Below, in pieces: positions 18,298-26,476 of a stretch of DNA of 64,000 nucleotides; within the stretch, counting starts at the first letter, position 1, and every line of letters starts with the position of its first letter. The notes under the pieces are model-generated. The model saw only the letters and a list, made by a program, of their open reading frames with translations, was not told the origin of the DNA and ran no database searches. Position numbers and translations under genes: made by a program. This DNA is from a virus, in the IMG/VR virus record IMGVR_UViG_3300035703_000034, positions 32,001-96,000 of that record, one strand, 5' to 3'.

Positions 18298-19242
18298 ATG
18301 GATCAGGATATGCACACTCTGCAAGAAGTTCGGATGAGGAACCAGGGGCTGGTTCAGATGCTCCGCTCCGGACCCGAGGGTCACGAGAAGGTGGCCTCGG
18401 CCATCAAGGAGGAGCTGATCCTCAACTACGCACGCGAGGACGGCCTGTCGCGCCGCGCGATGCCGATGCGCCCCGTGTCGAACGCCGAGCTCACGCCCGA
18501 CGCCAACAACCCCGACGTGCCCGCCATGCTGGTCCCGGTGGAGCCGGTGCTCAACGAGTACCTCGCCACCTCCGTCGACTTCATGCAGCCGTCCAAGGAG
18601 CTCTGGTTCCGCTCCAAGGTGGCCTTCGTCTACTTCAAGCCGATCAAGACGAAGACCATCACGTTGACGGAAATGCAACTTCTTGCAAATAACTTTCCCA
18701 TCAGATCTTACATCGAGTCTGTCGCGCGCAACGACATTCTCGCGGTTGAAGACATCGCCCTGATCGAAGCCATCGAGCGCTGCGTGGCGAAGTTTTCTGC
18801 GACCAACGCCTTGACTTCGACCGCACCTTTGGTGAAAGATGTCATCGCGGACGGCGCGAAGGCGATGACCCGCAACCGACTCAATGTCGAACTCATTCTT
18901 CTGAATGAAATTACATATTACGACATCTTGAAGTGGAACTCTTCGGAAGTCGGCTCTCTTGTGCTGGACGACATCGTCGAGCACGGGCCGAAGGGCGAGG
19001 AGTTCAAGTACAAGAGCTGGCTGGGCTTCAAGTGGGTGTTGACAAACAACACCGACGTGATCCCCGAGAACATCCTGTACTACCTGCCCCCGCAGCGCTT
19101 CCTGGGCGTGTCGTACATGCTGGCCGAGGCCGAGCAGTTCCTCGAGTTCCGGGACGGCATCCTGCGCACGAACACCCGCGAGATCATCGGCCGCAACCTG
19201 ATGAACCCCCGCGGTCCCATCAAGCACACGCTGTCGGCCTAG
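18298..19242 (+). CDS. Major capsid protein (HK97 fold)
   Basis: 314 aa after protease/scaffold/decoration genes; REDGLSRR, DILAVED, VIPENILY, QRFLG patterns of large-myophage MCPs. Confidence 0.75.
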   Translation: MDQDMHTLQEVRMRNQGLVQMLRSGPEGHEKVASAIKEELILNYAREDGLSRRAMPMRPVSNAELTPDANNPDVPAMLVPVEPVLNEYLATSVDFMQPSKELWFRSKVAFVYFKPIKTKTITLTEMQLLANNFPIRSYIESVARNDILAVEDIALIEAIERCVAKFSATNALTSTAPLVKDVIADGAKAMTRNRLNVELILLNEITYYDILKWNSSEVGSLVLDDIVEHGPKGEEFKYKSWLGFKWVLTNNTDVIPENILYYLPPQRFLGVSYMLAEAEQFLEFRDGILRTNTREIIGRNLMNPRGPIKHTLSA

Positions 19243-19337
19243 AACGGGCTTACCCGGGCGGCGGCCCCGTGACATCTGTCGCGGCGGCCGCCGTTTGGTT
19301 CGTATCCGCCGCAGCACCCCATTGAAGGAGGACTTCC

Positions 19338-19679
19338 GTGAAGCAGCACGAGACCGTCCAGGTCCGTAACCTCTCCGCCGGTGCCATCTGCATCGCGCAC
19401 GTCACGCTCCCTGGCGGCGAGCTCGGCGCGATCAACGCCAAGCGCTTCCAGCTCTGGTTCGACAAGGGCGGTAAGCGACTGTTTGACGCCGGCCTCGTCG
19501 CCTTCGCGCAGCCGGCCGTGGCCGCCGCGCCCGCGAAGCCCGCCGCGCCCGAGCCCGTCGAAACCCCCGCCCCGGAGCCGGTCGCGGAGCCCGCGCCGAT
19601 CGCCGAGGTGGAGGAGGCCCCCGCGGCCGAAGAAGCCGACGACGAGCCCAAGCGGGGCCGCACGACCCGCCGCCGCTAA
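19338..19679 (+). CDS. Hypothetical protein with Pro/Glu-rich tail
   Basis: AAGGAGG SD; typical small post-capsid gene. Confidence 0.6.
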   Translation: MKQHETVQVRNLSAGAICIAHVTLPGGELGAINAKRFQLWFDKGGKRLFDAGLVAFAQPAVAAAPAKPAAPEPVETPAPEPVAEPAPIAEVEEAPAAEEADDEPKRGRTTRRR

Positions 19680-19727
19680 GCCGCTTATCGACCGCTCAAC
19701 GGAGCGGTCGCGCTCCAGGGGGCCGCC

Positions 19728-20204
19728 ATGACCCGCGCCGAGCTGCTCGCAGCGCTGAAGGAAGACAACGCCGACCTGGCCGTGAACGTGCCGATGCTGC
19801 GGCGCCGGCTGCGCGACTACGCGCAGTTCAACGAGATCTTCGAGCAGGTCATGACGGACGACGAGCTCGCCGACGCCATCGTCGACAGCATCGCCGACTT
19901 CAACGCGCTGCCGCCCTTCATGGGCGACTACGACGAGCGGAACTTCCCCGACCGCAAGCTGCTGCTCGACACGGCCACGTGCGAGGCGCTGCAGCGCCTG
20001 GTGCTGTGGCACGCCCAGAACCAGTTCTCCGCGAGCGACGCCGGCCTTCAGATCCCCATCCACGAGCAGTGGCAGGGGCTCATGCAAATCGAGCAGATGC
20101 TGCGCGCCCGCAGCGAGCAGCGCGCGTCGCGCCTCAAGGCCCAGCTCAACGTGCAGCGCGCCTGGGGCCCCGGCGTCAGCTCGCCGCTCTGGCGGGAGTT
20201 CTGA
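19728..20204 (+). CDS. Head-tail adaptor (putative)
   Basis: Helical 158 aa downstream of the capsid gene. Confidence 0.55.
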   Translation: MTRAELLAALKEDNADLAVNVPMLRRRLRDYAQFNEIFEQVMTDDELADAIVDSIADFNALPPFMGDYDERNFPDRKLLLDTATCEALQRLVLWHAQNQFSASDAGLQIPIHEQWQGLMQIEQMLRARSEQRASRLKAQLNVQRAWGPGVSSPLWREF

Positions 20205-20205
20205 G

Positions 20206-21144
20206 ATGACCCTGTCGCTCGAGGTCGCCTGGGCCACGCCGCGCTGGGTGTCGCTGCGCTGGGAGTACACCGGGGCCGCGCCGCTGCAGGGGCCCGTGCG
20301 CGTTTACCGATCGAACAACGCCGTGACCGGCTTCGAGCCCGTCGGCGAGACCAGCCAGGTCGTCTGGATCGACCCTGTCGATCGCCTGTCGCGCTTCAAC
20401 AGCTGGTACTACCGCGTCGAGGCCACCACCGCCACGGGCGCCGCGCTCAGCTCGCCGGTGGCGACCCTGCAGGACCTGACGGACCGCACGGTGCTGCGGC
20501 TGCAGAAGCGCGAGCGCTTCCAGCTCGCCAAGTACGACGGCAACGGCGTCTGGCTCTATCCCCGGCGCCGCACGGGCACGCCCTGCCCGCGCTGCGTGCC
20601 CCAGGGCCAGGCCGCCCTCGGCGAGCTGGGGCTGCAGTGCACCGTCTGCTTCAACACCGGCATCGAGGGCGGCTACTACCCGCCTGTGCCCATCTACTGG
20701 GCGCAGCAGACGCTCCACAGCGAGGGCAGCAACCTGCTCGAGAACCGCGTCAAGGACTCCAACAACGGCGGCAACGCCTGGACCAGCAACTGGACGCTCG
20801 TGCACCCGGAGGACCTCCTGCGCGATGCCAACCCGCCCAACAACATCTGGAAGGTGACGGGCCTGCAGGCCTCCGAGCGCCGCGGCAGCACCCTGCGCCA
20901 GATCTTCACGTTCAACGAGGTCGACCGCTCGCAGCCCTACTACCAGCTGCCCGTGCCCGACTTCACGTTCCCCGACCCGACCGCGCTGTTCTTTCAGAGC
21001 TGGGACGGCCCGGACTGCGACGAGCGCTGGGCGCAGGCCATTCAAGCCTACCTGACCACGCTGCAACCCGCACCGCCACCATCGCCGCCAGCCACGCCCC
21101 CCAGCACGCCGACGAAGGACCGTCAGTCGCGCGCTTACCGCTAG
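20206..21144 (+). CDS. Neck/head-closure protein with FN3-like N-terminus and Cys4 finger
   Basis: VSLRW...VYRS...YYRVEA; CPRC...CTVCFNTGIEGGY. Confidence 0.6.
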   Translation: MTLSLEVAWATPRWVSLRWEYTGAAPLQGPVRVYRSNNAVTGFEPVGETSQVVWIDPVDRLSRFNSWYYRVEATTATGAALSSPVATLQDLTDRTVLRLQKRERFQLAKYDGNGVWLYPRRRTGTPCPRCVPQGQAALGELGLQCTVCFNTGIEGGYYPPVPIYWAQQTLHSEGSNLLENRVKDSNNGGNAWTSNWTLVHPEDLLRDANPPNNIWKVTGLQASERRGSTLRQIFTFNEVDRSQPYYQLPVPDFTFPDPTALFFQSWDGPDCDERWAQAIQAYLTTLQPAPPPSPPATPPSTPTKDRQSRAYR

Positions 21145-21969
21145 TCAAGCGACCGGTGGGTCGCTGTCGAACGGTACGCCGTCCCCGGGGGCGGTCATCG
21201 ACAGCGTCTCGCCGGCAGGCGGCTCGGGCAGCGGCCGCAGCACCGGCCTGTCGGGCAAGGACTGCGACACGGGGTCGCCCGCCTGCTCGGGCCAGACGAT
21301 CTCCCGCGTGGTGTCGTCCGCCAGCAGCAAATTGGGCGTGGCGACCTCGCGCGCGAAGACGAGCTGCACGTTCTCCAGCACCGTCGGGTTGGTCGCGCTC
21401 AGGCTGCGCGCGTGGCTCTGCAGCAGGCACTTCTCCCAGTACCACGACGCGATGTAGGCCCCGACCTCGTTGAACGACACGAGGTACAGCCCGAACGGCA
21501 CCTCGATGAGCTCGCTGGCCGTCGTCGCCTGCAGCGGCGTGCCGCGCTGGCTGGTCGGCAGCAGCGGCGCGACGTTGTAGCCCCCGCCGGTGTGGTACTC
21601 CAGCAGCCAGCGGTACAGCATCCCCAGCATGTTGCCCTGCGAACCGACCACGCGCTGCAGGGTCACGGCGTGCTGCATGCGCCCCGGGAAGTGCCGGGGC
21701 GTCGCCGCGCCGAACTCGTTGACCGTCGTCATGCTGCGCTGGCTGCTCTGCTCCACGGCCTGCAGCATGCCGATGGGCGTCAGCTGCTCGCGGTACGCGA
21801 CGGCCAGCCGTGCGAGCGGCGGACCGGAGACCAGCAGCGTGTGGGACGGGCTGACCAGATCGCCCGGCAGCTCGTCCGCGAAGACGGGCTGCTCGAAGGC
21901 GTTGTAGGTCTGGCTCCGGACCGATCGGTACGCCGCGTGGCGCAGCGCGTCAAGCGAGAGCGTCGGCAT
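21145..21969 (-). CDS. Tail tube-like paralog
   Basis: Clear similarity to the adjacent gene (SGPP, PIG..Q, LQRV, PFG, YxEKC). Confidence 0.6.
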   Translation of the reverse strand: MPTLSLDALRHAAYRSVRSQTYNAFEQPVFADELPGDLVSPSHTLLVSGPPLARLAVAYREQLTPIGMLQAVEQSSQRSMTTVNEFGAATPRHFPGRMQHAVTLQRVVGSQGNMLGMLYRWLLEYHTGGGYNVAPLLPTSQRGTPLQATTASELIEVPFGLYLVSFNEVGAYIASWYWEKCLLQSHARSLSATNPTVLENVQLVFAREVATPNLLLADDTTREIVWPEQAGDPVSQSLPDRPVLRPLPEPPAGETLSMTAPGDGVPFDSDPPVA

Positions 21970-21983
21970 CGATCACGGGGCGC

Positions 21984-22736
21984 TCAGGCCGTCGGGAAGG
22001 TGATCGACTTGGGATCCATCTTGCCGTCGCCCGTGGCAAACGCCAGGTTGATGGCGGGTGCGGGCACCTTGCGCACGGCGTAGATGCTGACGGACTCCTG
22101 GATGATGGGCTGGCCCGCCCCCACCGACTTGCCCGCGTTCAGCAGCTGGCAGCGCTCGTAGTACTCACGGCTGACCAGCTTGCCGCCGGCCGTGAAGGTG
22201 GCGAGCAGGATGCCGAACGGCAGGCGGAACACGTCCGACTCGAAGGTCGTGAAGTGCCCCCCGCTGACGGCCATGTCGGCCGCCCCCGTGGCGTTGCTGG
22301 CGGCGCCGCCCGGCTCGTTGGGCAGCAGCCGGACATCCACGGTCTCGTTGTTCAGCAGCTTGGGCAGCCAGGCGTAGCAGGCGTAGCGCAGGTTGCTGTG
22401 GTACGAGAGCACGCGCTGCAGCGACAGCTGGTACTGGGCCTGGGAGGCGGCCGTCCGCTTGAGGCGGCTGCCGATCTCCGAGAAGGGCGTGATGCCGTTG
22501 GTCTCGCTCTCGTTGAAGCCCTGCACCGCGCCGATGGGCACGAGGGTGCTGCCGATGTCCGTCGCCTTCGCCAGCACCGGCGGGCCCGAGAAGATGATCG
22601 TCGCGTCGGCACTCGCGACGTTGTTCGGGTCGTCCTCGAACTGGACCAGGTGGTTGAAGAAGTCCAGGTCGTCCGTACCCTTGGTCGTGTCGTAGAGCGC
22701 GTTCAGGGTTTCGAGCAGCTCGCTGATGTTTGCCAT
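21984..22736 (-). CDS. Tail tube protein
   Basis: Immediately downstream of the sheath gene; PIGAVQ..., EIGS, YERC motifs. Confidence 0.65.
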   Translation of the reverse strand: MANISELLETLNALYDTTKGTDDLDFFNHLVQFEDDPNNVASADATIIFSGPPVLAKATDIGSTLVPIGAVQGFNESETNGITPFSEIGSRLKRTAASQAQYQLSLQRVLSYHSNLRYACYAWLPKLLNNETVDVRLLPNEPGGAASNATGAADMAVSGGHFTTFESDVFRLPFGILLATFTAGGKLVSREYYERCQLLNAGKSVGAGQPIIQESVSIYAVRKVPAPAINLAFATGDGKMDPKSITFPTA

Positions 22737-22749
22737 GGGGGGCTCTCCT

Positions 22750-24675
22750 TTACTGGGTCAGGACGACGCGGGCGCGGATGCGGTTGAGCGGCAACGGGAT
22801 GTCGATTTCGGTCACGATGTCGAGCACGTCCCGCTGGAACTCGTTTTGCGCCAGCGAGACCAGCGTGCCGCTGAGGATGGGCGCCCCGATCTGCGGGAAC
22901 ACCCGGTTCAGCAGGAACTGGTGGTAGCCCTCGATGACGTTGGCGATCGCCGCCGTCGTGGCCGCGTACAGGTTGTACGGCCCGATGAAGCTCGCCAGGC
23001 GGTCCTTCAACCCGATCGAGTAGTAGTCCCAGGTCTTCGTGACCGACAGCTCCTTGAACCGCGTGTCCGTCGTGTCCGTCGTCGTCTGGTAGTACGCCCG
23101 CGGCAGGGCCGTCGGCGACTGCTTCTCGACCACGAACCCGCCGCTGCCCGCGATCAGGCCGAGCTGCTCCTCGGTGAAGTAGGTGTTCGCGTAGCGCACG
23201 CCCGCCACGCCGAGCACGCCCAGGTTGGTGAAGCCCTGGTGCGGCTGGTTGCCCGCGCTCATGCCGGCCAGCGCGGCCGCCAGGTAGTAGCCCGGCACCA
23301 CCGTGTCGACGCCCTGGACGTTGACGACGATTTCGCCGTTGGTGACGTACACGATGCGGCGCGAGCCGAACGAGTCCGCCGCGCTCGCGATCGCCTCGGC
23401 CTGCCCCTGCTTGTCGAGCACGCGGAAGACCATCAGGTCCACCGCCTCCGCCGCGAAGTCGACCGTCACGGTGGCCGCCTGCGCGTAGCTGCCCTCCTCA
23501 CCCTCGAACTTGGCGTTGACCAGCTTCAGCGCGCCGTTGTTGAGCACCTCCGACACGCGGTAGATGCCGGCGCGATCCTCCGGGTTGGCCGTCACCGGCG
23601 CCTCCGCCCGGGCCGTCACCTGGACGTAGTCGCCGACGCGCACGGCCGTCACGAACTCCGCCACCGGGTGCAGCACCCGCAGCACGCCGGCCGCCCGCAC
23701 GAGCTGCCCGTTGGCGAGCGGCTCGACGACGACCTTCTCGCGCGGGTGCGGCAGGTTGACGAAGCCGATGCGGAACTTGCTCTTCTCCGGCACCGACATC
23801 TGCTGCACGTGCGCCTTGAGGAAGCTCTGCACCGTGACGTCCTGCGTGAGCAGGCAGATGGCGTAGACCCGCTCGTTGGTCAGCGCGTCCAGCGCGGCGA
23901 GCCAGGCGGCCGGGCTGTCCTCCTCGACGCCCACGCACATCACCGAGGTGATGGTGTTGGAGAGCGCGAGCTGGGCCGCGAGCGCCAGCGGGTTGTCGAC
24001 CGAGGCTGGCCCGAGCTTGGCCTCGAAGTCGGCGAGCCGGACCTCCGTGACGGCGTTGACCGTCAGCTGGCGCACGGCCTTGTAGCTGACGCGCACGACG
24101 GCCGTCAGCACCGCCTTGCCGTCAACCTCGAGCTCCGCGGCGAGCGTGACGCTCTCGTCCGTCGCCTCAAGGGAGGCGGCGGCGACGACCTGCGGGGCCG
24201 TCAGGTAGCGCTTGATGACAAAGGTGGCGCTGGCGAACGTCAGCTCGCGGTCGAGCTTCAGCGTGTAGTCGCCCGTCACGGCGAGGATCTTGGCCGTGTA
24301 GTCGACGCCGGCCGCCGTGAGGATGACGACGTCGCCCGCCGCGACGCCGCTGGCCGCGAAGGTGGTGCCGCCGGGGATCGTCAGCGTGTCGCTGGAAAGC
24401 GCGCACGTGACGGCGCCGCCGTCGCGCACCTGCAGGACCGCGTCGTCGAGCCGCACGACGAGCGAATCGGGCTCGACTTTCGCGCCGAGCTCCAACTCGG
24501 GGTAGGCAAATGTTAGACTGGTTCCGGAGTAGTTCCCGGGGCTCTTCTCCTGAATCACTTGCTTGTTCAGGCCAACCAGCACCGTGGGCAGCACCGGCGC
24601 AAACTGCGTCGTGCTGATCGCGGCGAGTTCCTGCTGAATCTCAACGCCGGGGCGCGTCATGGTTCTGATCGCCAT
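22750..24675 (-). CDS. Tail sheath protein
   Basis: Start MAIRTMTRPGVEI (GGAGGA SD); PGYYLAAALAG, ELSV, C-terminal PLPLNRIRARV typical of contractile sheaths. Confidence 0.85.
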   Translation of the reverse strand: MAIRTMTRPGVEIQQELAAISTTQFAPVLPTVLVGLNKQVIQEKSPGNYSGTSLTFAYPELELGAKVEPDSLVVRLDDAVLQVRDGGAVTCALSSDTLTIPGGTTFAASGVAAGDVVILTAAGVDYTAKILAVTGDYTLKLDRELTFASATFVIKRYLTAPQVVAAASLEATDESVTLAAELEVDGKAVLTAVVRVSYKAVRQLTVNAVTEVRLADFEAKLGPASVDNPLALAAQLALSNTITSVMCVGVEEDSPAAWLAALDALTNERVYAICLLTQDVTVQSFLKAHVQQMSVPEKSKFRIGFVNLPHPREKVVVEPLANGQLVRAAGVLRVLHPVAEFVTAVRVGDYVQVTARAEAPVTANPEDRAGIYRVSEVLNNGALKLVNAKFEGEEGSYAQAATVTVDFAAEAVDLMVFRVLDKQGQAEAIASAADSFGSRRIVYVTNGEIVVNVQGVDTVVPGYYLAAALAGMSAGNQPHQGFTNLGVLGVAGVRYANTYFTEEQLGLIAGSGGFVVEKQSPTALPRAYYQTTTDTTDTRFKELSVTKTWDYYSIGLKDRLASFIGPYNLYAATTAAIANVIEGYHQFLLNRVFPQIGAPILSGTLVSLAQNEFQRDVLDIVTEIDIPLPLNRIRARVVLTQ

Positions 24676-24713
24676 CGCGGGCTCCTCCAAGGACTGGACT
24701 GCTTCCTAAGAGG

Positions 24714-24736
24714 ATTATCAGCAGCCGATGGAAAAA
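24714..24736 (-). promoter_or_regulatory. Putative late promoter (TTTTT-N11-TGATAAT on minus strand)
   Basis: Reverse complement reads TTTTTCCATCGGCTGCTGATAAT upstream of the sheath gene. Confidence 0.65.
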
Positions 24737-25117
24737 CCGCCCAAACCGGAACCGGCCTGCGCGCGGATCGACGCGGTGGTGCACCAGACCCTCAAGGACT
24801 GCCTCGCCCAGCACGGCGGCGCGCCGGCCGAGCTGTGCATGGCGATCGACGTATCATTGAAGTGGTTGTCCGAGCAGGGCGCGCCGTGCCGCGCGTTCGA
24901 GGTGCGGCTGGCGCAGGGCGGCGTCGGCTTCCGGTGCCTGGAGGCGGGCGAGGCCGCCCACCCCGAGGGGCTCTGGAAGCTGCTGCTGCTCGCCAGCGCG
25001 CCGCGCACGGGCCCGGACGGCGCCCCGCTGCTGGTGCCGACCACGTTGAACTGGTCCTCGGACACGCAGCGCTTGACGGTGGAGTACGCCCGCGCCGATG
25101 AAACACCTGACGCGTAA
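24728..25117 (+). CDS. Hypothetical protein
   Basis: 129-aa ORF overlapping the sigma factor start. Confidence 0.5.
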   Translation: MEKPPKPEPACARIDAVVHQTLKDCLAQHGGAPAELCMAIDVSLKWLSEQGAPCRAFEVRLAQGGVGFRCLEAGEAAHPEGLWKLLLLASAPRTGPDGAPLLVPTTLNWSSDTQRLTVEYARADETPDA

Positions 25118-25991
25118 AGAAGAGCTCGAGCTGATCATCGCGGCGCAGGCCGGCGACCGCCAGGCCCTGGCGACGCTCGTGCTCGCCCACCGCCCCTTCG
25201 TGCAGTACCTCATGCGCCAGATCACCTTCCCGGAGTGGATGGACCCCGAGGACATCCTGCAAGAAGGCTGCATCGGGCTGATGGACGCCGTCCGGACCTT
25301 CAACACGCAGTCCGGCAACCGCCTGCTCACCCACGCCTACTGGAAGATCAAGAAGGCGCTCACCAACCACATGAACAAGATGGGCTACATGGTGACGATC
25401 CCGTTCCTCAAGCTGCTAGACCTGAAGAAGTACATGAACAAGCTCGAGCAGACGCCGCAGCTGGTGACGGACGAGGAAAAGAAGAAGTACAGCACCTTCA
25501 AGAACGTCCAGCTGCTGTCCTTGTCGATCGGCATGTGCTCCTTCGAGGAGCCGAGCTTCCGGCAGTTCAACAACCACCGCGCCGCCGAGGAGTCCGACGA
25601 CGGCACCGGCGCGTACGTCGCCAACGACGTCAGCCTCGTCAGCCGCTCGACCGAGGAGGTCGTCCTCGGCGAGGCCGTCTACGCCGACCTGCTGCAGGTC
25701 ATCTCCAGCCTCAACGCGCTGGAGGGCGTGCTGCTGTCACAGTACTTGGGGGTGTACGGCGACGACCGGAAGCACTCGTTGAAGGCACTGGTCGGACAGA
25801 AAGCAGACTTCGACCCGTCGGGGAACCTGGTGACCGGCAGCAACGGGTACGGCATCCAGGTGGGCAAGTCATATAATACCATTAGCAAGCTGGTTCACGG
25901 CGCCCTGCATCTTGTGCGGCATCAGGTTGCACAGCATCTGGACGACGTGTTGCCCGAGATGGGAATTAGGCACCATGACCACACCGCCTGA
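25098..25991 (+). CDS. Phage sigma70-family RNA polymerase sigma factor
   Basis: Region 1.2 LTRKEELELI..AQAGD, region 2 EDILQEGCIGLMDAVRTFN..HAYWKIKKAL, region 4 remnant. Confidence 0.85.
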   Translation: MKHLTRKEELELIIAAQAGDRQALATLVLAHRPFVQYLMRQITFPEWMDPEDILQEGCIGLMDAVRTFNTQSGNRLLTHAYWKIKKALTNHMNKMGYMVTIPFLKLLDLKKYMNKLEQTPQLVTDEEKKKYSTFKNVQLLSLSIGMCSFEEPSFRQFNNHRAAEESDDGTGAYVANDVSLVSRSTEEVVLGEAVYADLLQVISSLNALEGVLLSQYLGVYGDDRKHSLKALVGQKADFDPSGNLVTGSNGYGIQVGKSYNTISKLVHGALHLVRHQVAQHLDDVLPEMGIRHHDHTA

Positions 25992-26466
25992 CGCGCTGGC
26001 ACCGCGCGAGCCGATCCTCCCGCCGTACCAGGGGCGCGTCGAGATCAAGGGGATCTGGGACGAGCCGGGTCACCCGCGGCACGGCGAGGTGGTGAGCTAC
26101 TACGCGGCCAACACCATCACCTTCGACGCGCGCGGGCTGATGGCGCGGGCCCTGGCGGGCGACGCGGCGGGGCACATCGTGGCGGTGGCCTGGGGCACGG
26201 ACGGCACGGCCGCCCAACGCTCCGACACGGGCTGCAAGGCGCAGGTCGCGAGCTCCGCCATCGTGCAGCCCATCACCTACCCGCGCCCGGAGTCGGTGAT
26301 GTTCACCAGCGTGCTCGCGCGCGGCGAGGGCACGGGCTACACCTACAAGGAAGTCGCGCTGATGGCCGACGACGACAAGTGCTTCGCGCGCTTCGTGTTC
26401 CCCAACGGTCAGTACAAGTTTGCCCAGCTGCGCATGAGCGTCAACTGGGAAATCATCTTCATCTGA
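25975..26466 (+). CDS. Baseplate/tail-fibre attachment protein
   Basis: NTIT..ARxLMA..LAG...AWGT.G...EVAL..FARF pattern of tail-collar-like proteins. Confidence 0.55.
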   Translation: MTTPPDALAPREPILPPYQGRVEIKGIWDEPGHPRHGEVVSYYAANTITFDARGLMARALAGDAAGHIVAVAWGTDGTAAQRSDTGCKAQVASSAIVQPITYPRPESVMFTSVLARGEGTGYTYKEVALMADDDKCFARFVFPNGQYKFAQLRMSVNWEIIFI

Positions 26467-26476
26467 GGCGCGTCGC

